Of a stretch of DNA of 64,000 bases, positions 41,241 through 52,999 are shown in pieces (within the stretch, counting starts at the first letter, position 1; every line of letters starts with the position of its first letter). The notes beneath the pieces were generated by a model. The model ran no database searches. It had not been told where the DNA came from and saw only the letters and a program-made list of their open reading frames with translations. Both the position numbers and the translations under genes were made by a program. Source of the DNA: Eledone cirrhosa. Lineage: Eukaryota. The stretch spans positions 215,264,001 to 215,328,000 of the forward strand of contig OZ024743.1 in the NCBI GenBank assembly GCA_964016885.1, in the 5' to 3' direction.

Positions 41241-41810
41241 TATGAATATGAATACAATACGACTAATCATTGCTCTAACTAATTTAAAACATTCAATATA
41301 AACATTAACTAAAATTTAATTCAACATATGTAATGGAAAATACTGCAAAAGCTTTATGTTTCTCAACACCACACACAAATTCAAACACTATCAACATACT
41401 GCATCCACCATAGATTTTAATGCATTAACATATTTGCTTAAAGTGCAGTATTTATTTATCTATATAAGCATAATAACTTTGCTTGTTTCCTTCTCATAGA
41501 TATGACTAATTCAGTTGAACTCTCCATAAGCTTGCACATGTATTGTTAATGTACTCTTCCTTTCTCAAAACTGTTTTCTCAATGCCTCATTAATTATTGG
41601 ACTATTCTCTTGTTTTATCTGTTGCATGTATTCCACTCTGTGCTTTTAATTTTAATTTGAATTTCTGTACAATTATTGTACAATTCTCGTAAAATATATG
41701 TCACATCAATTCCACCCTGTAAATACGAAACTGTTGCTCACAACATCAATATATATGTATCTATATTATTGTTCAGTTGTATAGGAGGTTAATTATATGA
41801 CAAACATTGA

Positions 41811-41864
41811 TAATGCTCCGATGAATACAAACGAGAGTATGGAAGAAACGATTGTCAGCTATTA
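41811..41864 (+). ncRNA. Hammerhead-like motif with CCGAUGA core
   Basis: TAATGCT-CCGATGA-ATAC-AAACGAGA-GTAT-GGAA-GAAA-CGATTG-TC-AGCTATTA. Stem I is 7 bp with a bulged U, and the triplet is GUC. Confidence 0.6.
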
Positions 41865-42155
41865 AATGATTTGAACACAACTTTCATAATTGTCTAATTT
41901 ATTTATTTTCCTGCTCTGTAAAACAATTGATGTTCTTACATTGAGCTATTTCTCTTACTGGTAATAAGGTAGTAGGAAATTACTGACCTTTCCTGTTTAT
42001 AGTTGTTTATAGTATATACATAACTATAAATAGTATTATTATTATATGTACATATATATATGTACTACATATGTACACACACAAACACATAACACACACG
42101 CACACACACACACACACACACATACACACACGCACACACACACACATACACACAT

Positions 42156-42205
<50 letters not shown>

Positions 42206-42498
42206 GTTTGAAGAATAGTCAGAAATTAATTTATCAAATTCTTTTCCCCTTAGTCCATAGAATCAACCAGATAGATAATCATTTAAACGGAGCTAAATTT
42301 AAAATGTAACTCTGAAGAAAAAAACAGATAAATGTTATCAATATTCCTCTATGAAGAACATTCAGATAAAATTTACCTAGTATTTTCTCTTATTCCGTAA
42401 TAAATAACTAGATAAATAATCAATGAATGGAGCTCAGTCTAAAATATAAGTTTGAAGAAAATAATATAGATAAACATTACAAACATCCTTTTCGTAGT

Positions 42499-42539
<41 letters not shown>

Positions 42540-42545
42540 TGTATA

Positions 42546-42584
<39 letters not shown>

Positions 42585-42719
42585 ATAATTGGGAAGGGTA
42601 ATATTGTTGTAATAATATTGTAGTATTGCCACATATAATAACAGAACACACTCAATGTTTGGCTGGTTTTCGCTCCATCAACCGTATGCAGTTCTCTGGC
42701 TACAACCAAAGAGACAGAT

Positions 42720-43100
42720 TAGAGCATACTAAGGGGCCACGGAGAAGTATAAGACCCTCATAGAAATGGACATTTAAGAAAGTTGCCCATTATACAGGAG
42801 CAAATAATGGAATAAATTAGATAGGATTAAACATAAGATAGGGAAAGCCACTTCATGGTACGACAACCAGAGAAACTAGAGTGTCATGTTCGTGAATGCT
42901 ATCCCTGGGGGAAAATTAGCTAACCAATGTAGAAAGGCCCTAAGAAAGACCCACTTAAAGATTAAAGTGGTAGAAAAGCCAGGAACTACCATAAAGTCCC
43001 TGATCAGCAAAATATACCCCTTTAAGAAAACCCACTGTTATATAGCATAAATGTGTTATATAGCATAAGATATACAGAGGGTACTTGCAGAACCATGACA
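42720..43100 (+). pseudogene. Fragment of a different PLE family (thumb/linker region)
   Basis: Manual translation gives CPLYRSK*W..K..SWY..VMFVNAIPGGKLA..IKVVEKPGTTIKSLISK..PF. Confidence 0.55.
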
Positions 43101-44844
43101 ATGACATACATAGGTTAAACGGCTTGAAGCATAGGAGAAAGAATAGACTAACACTGGAGGGAATTACAGGGACAAAAAGACGGTTCACGCTAGACAAAGA
43201 CATGACGGTAATATAGACAACGGACTTATCTAGTGAAGAAATAAATATAATTTTAACCGCACGTAAAACCCTAATTGAATTTAATAACCAACTCTGGACA
43301 AGGATTGATAGACAGAAACATTTCGATATCACAATGGGATCATCTGACTCAGCCCAAGCAACATACCTCGTTGTAATATTTATTCTTAATGTACTACTTA
43401 GAAAAAGGCCAGAGATGGCCTGAGGTTTATATCACGACGATGTTACTTATAGTCGACAACCATAGCAATAGCGAACTTAATAGGAAAAAGAAAAGTATTA
43501 TATAATTGTTCAATAATTACAAACTTATATTAGAAATTGAGAATAATAATAAAACTGTTAACTTCTTAGATGTCACTTTAAACCTTAGGTCAGTTCTATA
43601 TTACTCTTTCCATAAGATTAATGAAAACCTAAACTATGTACGTTTTCCATTCTAACCATCCAAGAAATGTATAAAATACTATTGTCAATATTGTCGAACA
43701 ACGAATATCACGCATTTCAGCTAATAATAATATTTTTGAAAATAAGGCAGAATATTACAATGACGCTCTACACAGAGCTGGCTACATGAATAAAATTAAT
43801 AGTTAGATAACAATAACATGCAAAATCCTCCTAAAATTTACTATAATAATAATAATAAGCAATTTAACATAAATAGTAAATCAAAAAAAAGAATTAGAAC
43901 TCATTAAGAGTCAAAACACATGTAGCAAACCTATTTTTCAAAGCATTAGATAAATGTTTTCCTAAATCCCATAGATACTATTCTATTTTAACATACTATA
44001 AAACTATCTTACTCTCATACAAAACATTAATAGTAGAACTTTAAATTTAAACCGAAACCAAATAAACCAAAATAACAATATTAATATTACTAATAATCTT
44101 ATTAATACTAATAATAATCGTACCGTTCCTACTGACAACAACTCTGGAAAATGTAACTGTAGAAACGAATTAGATTTCCCTTTACAGAATAATTGTCTAG
44201 ATAAAAACTTAGTATATAAATGCGTAGTAAAAACTAGATATAAAATATATAATGATATAGGTGCCACTTCTACAAAATTTAAGGAACGCTGGTATAATCA
44301 CAAATATAGATTTAATAGATCAGACAAAACATTTGCAACATTACTTTCACATCTAAGTTGGTAATTAAAAGACAATAATATTGACTATTCAATCTCTTGG
44401 GGAACCATTTCGAAAGCGCCCGCATACGAAAATATGGCTCTCTCAAGAATTTGTCATTTTGTATTGAGGAAAGTTTTCATATACTTACTAGCCAAAACTC
44501 TATTAACGAAAAGAATGAATTATTCAAGTCTTGCAGCCATCGCCAAACCAAACCATTCAGAAGTATGTATAATATATAGAAAATATTATCTATACCTCAC
44601 TTGTTTACACTTTATATGTTTTCACTATGTTTTGTTGATGTTTTGCGGTGATTATTGGATGAGGATTTCTTTTTTAAGGGATATTTTTCAAATGAAACTT
44701 TTAAAAAGGTTTCTTTAAAGGATATGTTGACATATATCTTTCTTCTGATAGTTTTAATGATGTTTCTGAATATACTTTGAATGTCTCTAATATTTCTTCC
44801 TAATTGACTATATAGGCATTAACAGTTGCTGCCATGTAGATAAT

Positions 44845-45029
44845 TGTTTCTACTTTAGGCACAAGGCCAGCAATTACCCAGTGCATTACTGGTACTTTAT
44901 TTTATCGACCCCGTAAGGATGAAAGGCAAAGTCAACCTCGGCAGGATTTGAACTCAGATCGTAAAGGGACGTAACTATGCTGGAAAGCATGGCGTCCGAC
45001 CCTCTACCGATACTGCCAATCCACCGCCC
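44845..45029 (-). mobile_element. Meta-type SINE inserted in the PLE 3' UTR
   Basis: Full length, with a perfect 19-bp TSD TTGCTGCCATGTAGATAAT at 44826-44844 and 45030-45048. Confidence 0.93.
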
Positions 45030-46142
45030 TTGCTGCCATGTAGATAATGCCATCTAAATACATATATAAAATAATTTTTATCTTTGAAAATATGTAATAT
45101 AGCATACTTTAAAATCATATACAAAATAATATATGAAATGTTTCTATATATATTTTGCATATATCTTAATTGAATATTCTTTTAAAGTAAATTCTACTAT
45201 AAACTACAAATGTAACCTATCTATTTTAACTAAGAAATGTTGGAGTTATCTCTTCCTTTATAATGTAAAACGCTTAAATATTTCTTCTAAGTAACAACTA
45301 AACTTTACATAAATATTAAATTTTCTGTATAATTTCGTTAACTTACTAAACTTTGCAAATGTATTCCTCTCTTGATTGAACTATAGAATGTACAAAATAA
45401 TCTTCTCTAATAAAACTAGAACTACTTCCCTTTTCTTAACTATATATTGAAAATGTAAACCCGAAATTCATCGAAACCCTTAACATATATAAACATATTT
45501 AAAGTGTCTATCTATTGAAAAAAACATGTACTCACCAACATTATTTATATAAATATTTATATAAATAACCTATTGTAATATAACAAAGTAAAATATACTT
45601 ACAACCTTAACTCTTCATAAAATATACTTATAAATATTATCTATATAATATTATAACTCGCGATTAGAATAGATGCAATAATTAGTAATATCTCTCAAAT
45701 TTTAATATTCGTATTCCACCACTTCAACACATTTATGGTTCTCAGATTATTTTATGGACACTACCGGGGTGTATAATTAAATAAATAAATATAATTGTAT
45801 CACTCTCTTTACACCTTCACTGATAGTATGCATACAATTATATTTTAATAATAATAGTGTATTTCTAACTATAAAATAATGTTTTTCTTATACTCATTCC
45901 TTAAATTTTCTTACACCCTAACATTAATATTAACCTGTCTCTCGTCTTCCCCCCAAAAAATATCGTAATAATAATTATTTAAATTAACCTAGCGGCTAAG
46001 TATAACGATCTTTTTCAACTGTACGTTTAGCCTCATTAAAATATTCATCATAACATTTAAAATTTCTTCTACTATCCAAACTGAAGTGAAAAGGATAATT
46101 TCTTGTTTTTTGGATATGTCAATATTTATAAAACAAATTTTG

Positions 46143-46189
46143 TATTTTATCTGATGAGGGATTACCCTTGAAATATATATAATAAAATA
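46143..46189 (+). ncRNA. Minimal type I hammerhead ribozyme
   Basis: TATTTTAT-CTGATGA-GGG-ATTA-CCC-TT-GAAA-TATATA-TA-ATAAAATA. Perfect 8-bp stem I and palindromic stem III. Two extra T lie before GAAA. Confidence 0.7.
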
Positions 46190-46261
46190 AATATGGTTTT
46201 ATAAAGATAATTTCCATGTATTAATATCATTGTTATATATATATATATATATATATAAAAG

Positions 46262-47045
46262 AGAACTTTTTTAGTTCTGCATGGCTGAATTCAATAAATG
46301 TAATGTGAGTTTTTCGAATATTAATAATAACATTCGATTCGGTTGCAATTATGAAAACAAGCCTCAATTTTATAGCCATGTCAGTAGAATGAACACTTCA
46401 TTATTGCTCTTGTGTTGGCATGTTGACAGAACTGGATACACTAATGTTTCTGGGTATCACCTTTCATCAGTACATCTCACTGTTCACCTGCCAAACTGTA
46501 AGAGTTAGTGAAAATATATGCTATTTTCAAAAATACACAATGACTGATCGGCCTGATTTGCATATTAGCAGACTGGCTGATCAGTCAGATCATCATAATA
46601 GCAGATCCACTGGTCAGCCAGATTTTCATATGAGCAGACTAGCCAGTCAGTTCCCTGTATACGAGCGATGAAAGGCCGGCTTTGACGAATTCAAATAAAA
46701 AAGAAAACACTTTTTTCGCTCTACATGGCTGAATACAATAAATGTAATCTGAGATTTTCGAATATTAATAATTGTTTCTACAAGGCCAGCAATTACCCAG
46801 TACATTACTCGTATTTTATTTTGGAATATTAATAATAACTTTCGATTCGTTTGCAAAAAATACAGTGGACTGTAATGATGAAGGGTATTACCCAGAAACA
46901 TTAGTGTCTGCAGTTCTGTTCACATGCAAACACAAGAGCAAGAATGAAGCATTCATTCTACTGACATGGCTATAAAAGTGAGGCTTGTTTGCATAATTGC
47001 AAACGAATCGAATGTTATTATCAATATACGAAAAACTCAGATTAC

Positions 47046-47048
<3 letters not shown>
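46262..47048 (-). mobile_element. Non-coding PLE-derived (retrozyme-like) element with direct and inverted pseudo-LTRs
   Basis: 46262-46348 is directly repeated at 46705-46855. 46297-46482 is inverted at 46862-47048. HHR motifs lie at 46431-46476 (-) and 46869-46914 (+). (TA)n on both sides. Confidence 0.75.
46773..46823 (-). mobile_element. Short 3' fragment of the Meta-type SINE
   Basis: TGTTTCTA..CAAGGCCAGCAATTACCCAGT, with TSD GAATATTAATAAT. Confidence 0.75.
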
Positions 47049-47077
<29 letters not shown>

Positions 47078-47079
<2 letters not shown>

Positions 47080-47989
47080 GGTCCGGTGGTGGAGAGAGAG
47101 TTGTAAGTGGTTGTACGTTGAGATGCGTGGTGTGTATAAGATGTGTGAGATGTGTAGAATGAAGGGAAGAGTATAAAGGATAAAAATAAAAATAACAACA
47201 CAAGAGAGAGTTACCTTGGGAGAGATTTAATAGTCCCTATATATTTCGGATTCACATCCATCAACTGGGGTTTTTTTCCGGGGTGGGGGAAAAGGTTGTC
47301 TGTCGGACAAGTCCGGAACGCGTCTTTTGCTGTTTGTTGTTTTGAATATCTGAGGTATTCGGCAGAGCGCGCGTGCGCGTGAAATGGGGTCGGTCGTACA
47401 GAGGTCAGCCGCCGAATGAGGGAGTGGGATGGCGCTAGCTGTCAGTCCATTCTCTGCCCGTGTGTTAAATGTTACTGTGTGTGTGTGTGCGTGTGTTGTT
47501 GTCTCGCTTGAGTGTGTGTGTTGTGTGTGTGTGTTGTTGACTTGTTCATCTGTATTGGCAGTGTAGTATGTTCGTATGGTGGAATGCTACTGTGTGTGTG
47601 TGCGTGTGTGTGTGTAGTTGTCTCGTTTGCGTGTGTGTGTGTGTGCGTGTGTTGTGTGTTGTTGCATCGCTTGTTAACTTAAACCAGCCATTTAATTTCA
47701 CTTCTCTCTGATCGGTTGTTTATTTGCGGTTGCAGTCGTTTGATAAAAAGCGCTTCCTTGATACGTAACGTGCCGACGTTTCTTTCAGTCGCTAGAATTG
47801 TGACAATGAGCCTTCCGTCTTTGTTTCCGCATTTGTCTATGTGTTTCCGGAAAGACGAGGCCCTGGTTTTAGTGTGTTCCTTGATCCGGATGTTCAAAGG
47901 TCGAATTGTGCTACCTATGTAGTATTGGTTGCACCTGTCACATTCTTTCTTATACACGACGTATGTGCGTAGGCAACAGTTAGCATGGC

Positions 47990-47990
<1 letters not shown>
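47078..47990 (-). mobile_element. 5'-truncated Penelope/Poseidon-like element (GIY-YIG end plus 3' UTR)
   Basis: VVYKKECDRCNQYYIGSTIRPLNIRIKEH..IKEALFIKRLQPQIN. A degenerate HHR lies at 47235-47270 (-). (TA)n on both sides. Confidence 0.88.
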
Positions 47991-48021
<31 letters not shown>

Positions 48022-48029
<8 letters not shown>

Positions 48030-48440
48030 TAAAATAACAGATTAAAGTTTAAGCAAAGAATCGCTGCTTTCACCCTTAACGGGATCTTCTCAAACTAACA
48101 AATTCAATCTGTAAAAGCAGAAGTGGATATTTCAAAAATCGTTGCAACCGGAGGAAGACAGGAAGACGATACCTTGGTTGGTGGAAACGTTCCCTGGCAA
48201 AGTACGGGAAAAAACGAATATAATACGTCATTAATAGGAGCGGTTAAAACCAATTACGCGCAAAGACAGAACCACGTTTATAGTATAAAAGAGGTCATAG
48301 ACTAATGTTCTCTAAGGTGGTTCATAGAGACGTTCTCTGGCAATGAACGAAAAAAACGAAGATAATACGTCATATGTGGAGCGTGGCGAACAATTGCACG
48401 CAAAGACAAAACCACGTAAATGGTATAGCAGAGGTCGTAT
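48022..48440 (-). mobile_element. PLE-like pseudo-LTR related to 38239-38470
   Basis: About 150 bp of high similarity. An HHR-like motif at 48046-48096 (-) has the core GAGAAGA. Confidence 0.65.
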
Positions 48441-48718
48441 ATATATATATATATATATATATAAACATAAATTATCGAGATTCGCATTTCGGCCCACGAA
48501 ATAACCAAAGACAACCTCCGAGATGTGCGGCAAGTGCTCAATGATTCAGAAGAACCAGAGCTATAACAAACGTTAAAGGCCAAACACACTGAGACGATGG
48601 TTAAACAATCATTCGCATAGCCAAAAAAAAACGATCAAGTAATTCGGGTATTGAAAATTTACCCGGACCCCTGGAAGGTTGGTAAAATCCAGTATATGGG
48701 TTTCTTTCTGCGGCTCCT

Positions 48719-48765
<47 letters not shown>

Positions 48766-48768
<3 letters not shown>

Positions 48769-48870
48769 TGGTTAGAGAATTAAATTTGCAATCATGAGCT
48801 TGTGATATCGATTCCCAGACCGGGTGATGCATTTGACCTTGAGCATGGCATTTATTTCACGTTGCCCCTT
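48766..48870 (+). mobile_element. Degenerate tRNA-derived SINE of a second family
   Basis: TGGTTAGAG..TCGATTCCC tRNA-like head, followed by CCTTGAGCATGGCATTTATTTCACGTTGC. Confidence 0.5.
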
Positions 48871-48963
48871 CTGCCTGGACTTGCGACCAACATTAGTATT
48901 AGCAATTGGAAAGACAAATGGAAAAGTTGTTTCCTCGGTCGATTTTACGAAAGGCGATCGAGT

Positions 48964-49020
<57 letters not shown>

Positions 49021-49293
49021 TAAATATGGCGTAGACATACAGTACAACATGAAGAAACTTAATAGCACCACTGACGATGTTGCAGATGTGCAACGAAAAA
49101 ACTTTGTTAGACTATATATATGTGTTTGTGACTATATTATATCTGTATTTGTTAGCGTTGGTCAGTCAATGGTAAACAATGAAGACCGAAGAAATTAACT
49201 GATATAAAATATACAGAAGCGAAAATCAACCAAACAGTGTGTGTGTTAATTAATTCTAGCAATATTATTACAACATATGACCCTCCCCAAGTA

Positions 49294-49337
<44 letters not shown>

Positions 49338-49339
49338 TA

Positions 49340-50370
49340 TATTAACTCAAAATATTAACAAAAATAGAACTTCTTGTGATCAAGTATATTTTATTATACA
49401 TATTTCAGAGGTAATGACCTAACTTCAACAGTACGTCCTCATCAGATAAAATAAGATGATGCATGACATACCCTGACATAGTATACAGATAATACAGAGG
49501 GTGCGTGTAAGAAAGCTTAAAAATACATAACAGCAATTTACATAACTGTTAGAGATTCTAATAATTTAAATTATTGAAGAAAAAGGAAAGAAAAAAGAAA
49601 GACAGAGAGAAAACAGATGAGGGGATAATATAGCTAGTAGAAGTATAGAGAGGAAAAGAGAATTGATCAAGGAAAGAGAGACAAAGAGGAATCATGTTTA
49701 TAGTGTAAAACATAGGGAGGGATGAATTATATATATCTATACAGAACTATACATTTGGGCATAGCTTTGCGAAAGAGTAAACTCGAATCTTTGAATTATT
49801 GAATTATCTAGAAGTATTCATCAATCTAAATCTTAAATATAACTGGGTGTAATTATATAAAGGTTAATTTCCAGTCCTTACTTAATTAGTTACATATACT
49901 ATCCAAACGTAACCGGTTGACCGTTAACTTTCAAATCATTTAAGTTAGTTCAGAGTAATGAATTAATCAGCGTGTATAATATTTCAGGCTATAAAAGTTT
50001 ATAAATATCTGTATTAATATATAAATCATATTTAGTTTATAAAATCATATTTTATGAAATCATATTTAAACTATTTGCAAACATGTGAAAGAAGATATAA
50101 TATTTTCATCCTCACGAAGGTAATTCTTATTACATTTTATTATATTATATTTAATTATTTATATTATATTTTAATTATTTATATTATATATATCTCACTC
50201 ACTACCTTGACTGGATCTTAACCCTCTACTATGTCAGGGTATGTCATGCATCATCTTATCTTATATGATGATGACGTACTGTTGAAGTTAGATCAGTACC
50301 TCTGAAATATGTATAATAAAATATACTTGATCACAAGAAGTTCTATTTTTGTTAATATTTTGAATTAATA
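49340..50370. mobile_element. Non-coding element with 144-bp terminal inverted repeats containing hammerheads
   Basis: 49340-49483 is the reverse complement of 50227-50370. HHR at 49387-49453 (-) and 50257-50323 (+). Confidence 0.8.
49387..49453 (-). ncRNA. Type I hammerhead ribozyme with extended stem II
   Basis: TATTTTAT-CTGATGA-GGACGTA..TACCTCT-GAAA-TATGTA-TA-ATAAAATA. Canonical core and 8-bp stem I. Confidence 0.72.
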
Positions 50371-51382
50371 TTAATAATTCCGGAAAACCATAACTGTTGA
50401 GTGCTTCCAATCTATTGTAACACTCATTCTTGATTTATTCATTGAACCTTGTTTAACCTTTAAATATATATATATATATATTACAACTTGTGAGAAATGT
50501 ATATACCTCTGTATATGGAGCTATTTGTCATACAATTACAGCATTACTTGTCGTATTTCCGAAAGTATCCATGTACACGCAATATCGGTCAGTTAATGTT
50601 TAAACACGGGACTCCCTAATATATATAATCCATTCACCTAAATTGTGTCTCTTATGGCATTATAGTTTTCGTCACGATGTCAGTGTATTTTTCTTTTTAA
50701 AATAAATATTAGGGTCAACTCGAAATAACATCCATAATATAGACCATTTACTTTGTTGTCGTATAATGGTGCATAAGTTGATATACAGATGACAATCGTA
50801 TATATATCTTAAGCTCGTACACGAAATTACCGATTGAATGAAGTAACGACTGATGGAACATGACGCCAATGACTGTCGAACGAGGTTTAAGAGTTGATCA
50901 TTAAATCAGAGACGTTCGGTAGTATATTCTAATGTGTGGTAATAAAAAATTAGGTTGTTTTTTATGTGTTTACTTGAATATCGGTTTTATCTATTGTCTT
51001 TGAGCTATCTCTGAATGTAGAATGGCTTCGTATTAAACGAAATTGTACTCTTGCAGAAAATTAAAAATAGATATTTGTTAATCTGACTGAGTACTCTGGT
51101 TGGTGAATTCATACGCCACAGTTTTTCGAATCTATTAACATATATTGTAATTATGCTTGAGGTTTAAGCACTGCAATGTAGGCCATGTGTATAATTATAT
51201 ATATATATATGATTACAAAGAAATATTATACGTACAATGTTCCATTTTATTGGACAATATAACGCAACCAAATAAAAAGTAGTTCGTTTGACACGTACGT
51301 AAATAGTTCAGATGGCATTATAATGGAACCTATAATACATTCTCCGTCGTAAAACGGAGAAGGATACAAGACATACTATTTG

Positions 51383-51414
<32 letters not shown>

Positions 51415-51421
51415 AATAATG

Positions 51422-51482
<61 letters not shown>
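51383..51482. repeat. (AAT)n microsatellite
   Basis: Direct observation. Confidence 0.95.
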
Positions 51483-51640
51483 GACGCACGAGGTGACGGA
51501 GGTCATGAAATCGCTCCCGTAAGTTTTGAATTTTTAACATATTTAAATCATTTGTGAAATAACAACTCTTAGTACAAATGCTACGTAAAGCACCCGGCTT
51601 GAGCCCCAAAAAAATTCGGACCCAAAATATATTGTTATAA

Positions 51641-52616
51641 GGCTCAAATATTCAAATATTCAACTTTGTATTGTACACTGTATATCCCCCAAAAAATGGC
51701 TATAAATGGAAGAAGAAGAACCCCCCCCCCCTCCTCTCCTCTGGCTACACTATATAGGACAGCTAAACTCACCAACACCAGAAACTAGATACACCACCCA
51801 CCCCATCATCTGTGTACACTAAACACAACAGCATTTTCACCTTCACCGCCACCGCTCACTACGGCCATCATTACCACCACTATCCCATCACCGCCGCCAC
51901 CACTCCTTGACTCCTTCACTGCTGCTGCCACCGCTACAGCACCATCACTACAGTAATACGGCTCAAATATTCAAATATTCAACTTTGTATTGTACACTGT
52001 ATATCCAAAAAAAAATAAAATGGCTATAAATGGAAGAAGAAGAACCCCCCCCCCCCCCTCCTCTCCTCTGGCTACACTATATAGGACAGCGAAACTCACC
52101 AACACCAGAAACTAGATACACCACCCACCCCATCATCTGTGTACACTAAACACAACAGCATTTTCACCTTCACCGCCACCGCTCACTACGGCCATCATTA
52201 CCACCACTATCCCATCACCGCCGCCACCACCCCTTGACTCCTTCACTGCTGCTGCCACCGCTACAGCACCATCACTACAGTAATACGGCTCAAATATTCA
52301 AATATTCAACTTTGTATTGTACACTGTATATCCAAAAAAAAAATAAAATGGCTATAAATGGAAGAAGAAGAACCCCCCCCCCCCCCTCCTCTCCTCTGGC
52401 TACACTATATAGGACAGCGAAACTCACCAACACCAGAAACTAGATACACCACCCACCCCATCATCTGTGTACACTAAACACAACAGCATTTTCACCTTCA
52501 CCGCCACCGCTCACTACGGCCATCATTACCACCACTATCCCATCACCGCCGCCACCACCCCCTAACTCCTTCACTGCTGCTGCCACCGCTACAGCACCAT
52601 CACTACAGTAATACGG
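51641..52616. repeat. Three near-identical tandem units of about 320-330 bp
   Basis: Units start with GGCTCAAATATTCAAATATTCAAC at 51641, 51960 and 52287. Confidence 0.95.
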
Positions 52617-52999
52617 TCGCATCACCGCCACCACTGCCTCGGTATCGACATCACCACCACCACTGTCTCAGTATCGCCAACGCCGCCAGTCTCTGCTGGC
52701 TACCACTTCCACATTATAGAATTCCTACTACTAACAAAGAGGAAGGCATCAAAATATATAGATAGACTCAAAAGAAAAAAGAAAAAACAAACAACAAAAG
52801 CAGCACAGCAACAACAGTAAAAAACGAGAAAAACAGAGAAAAACAAAAACAAAAAAAGAAACCCCAAAAACGTAAAGAAAATAAGAATGAAGAGAGAAGC
52901 AGGCGGACGGACAGAGAAGAGGGGGGAAAAAGTAAAACTTAAAAAACAAAAACTAAGTCAGACATTCGAATACTACATTACAATGAAACTTATGCTTAT

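Larger units (their letters stand above)
43217..46235 (+). mobile_element. Penelope-like element (C-terminal GIY-YIG; clade tentative, possibly Hydra-like), degenerate
   Basis: EEINIILTARKTL..FDITMGSSDSAQAT, VNFLDVTLNL, SNHP and KCNCRN..PLQNNCL..LVYKC..IGATSTKFKERWYNH. A long AT-rich 3' UTR ends in an HHR and (TA)n. Confidence 0.85.

Noticed and set aside
46540-46650. 33-nt periodic repeats as a possible CRISPR array
   Set aside because: The repeats are contiguous and diverged with no unique spacers, the context is eukaryotic, and no cas genes are present.
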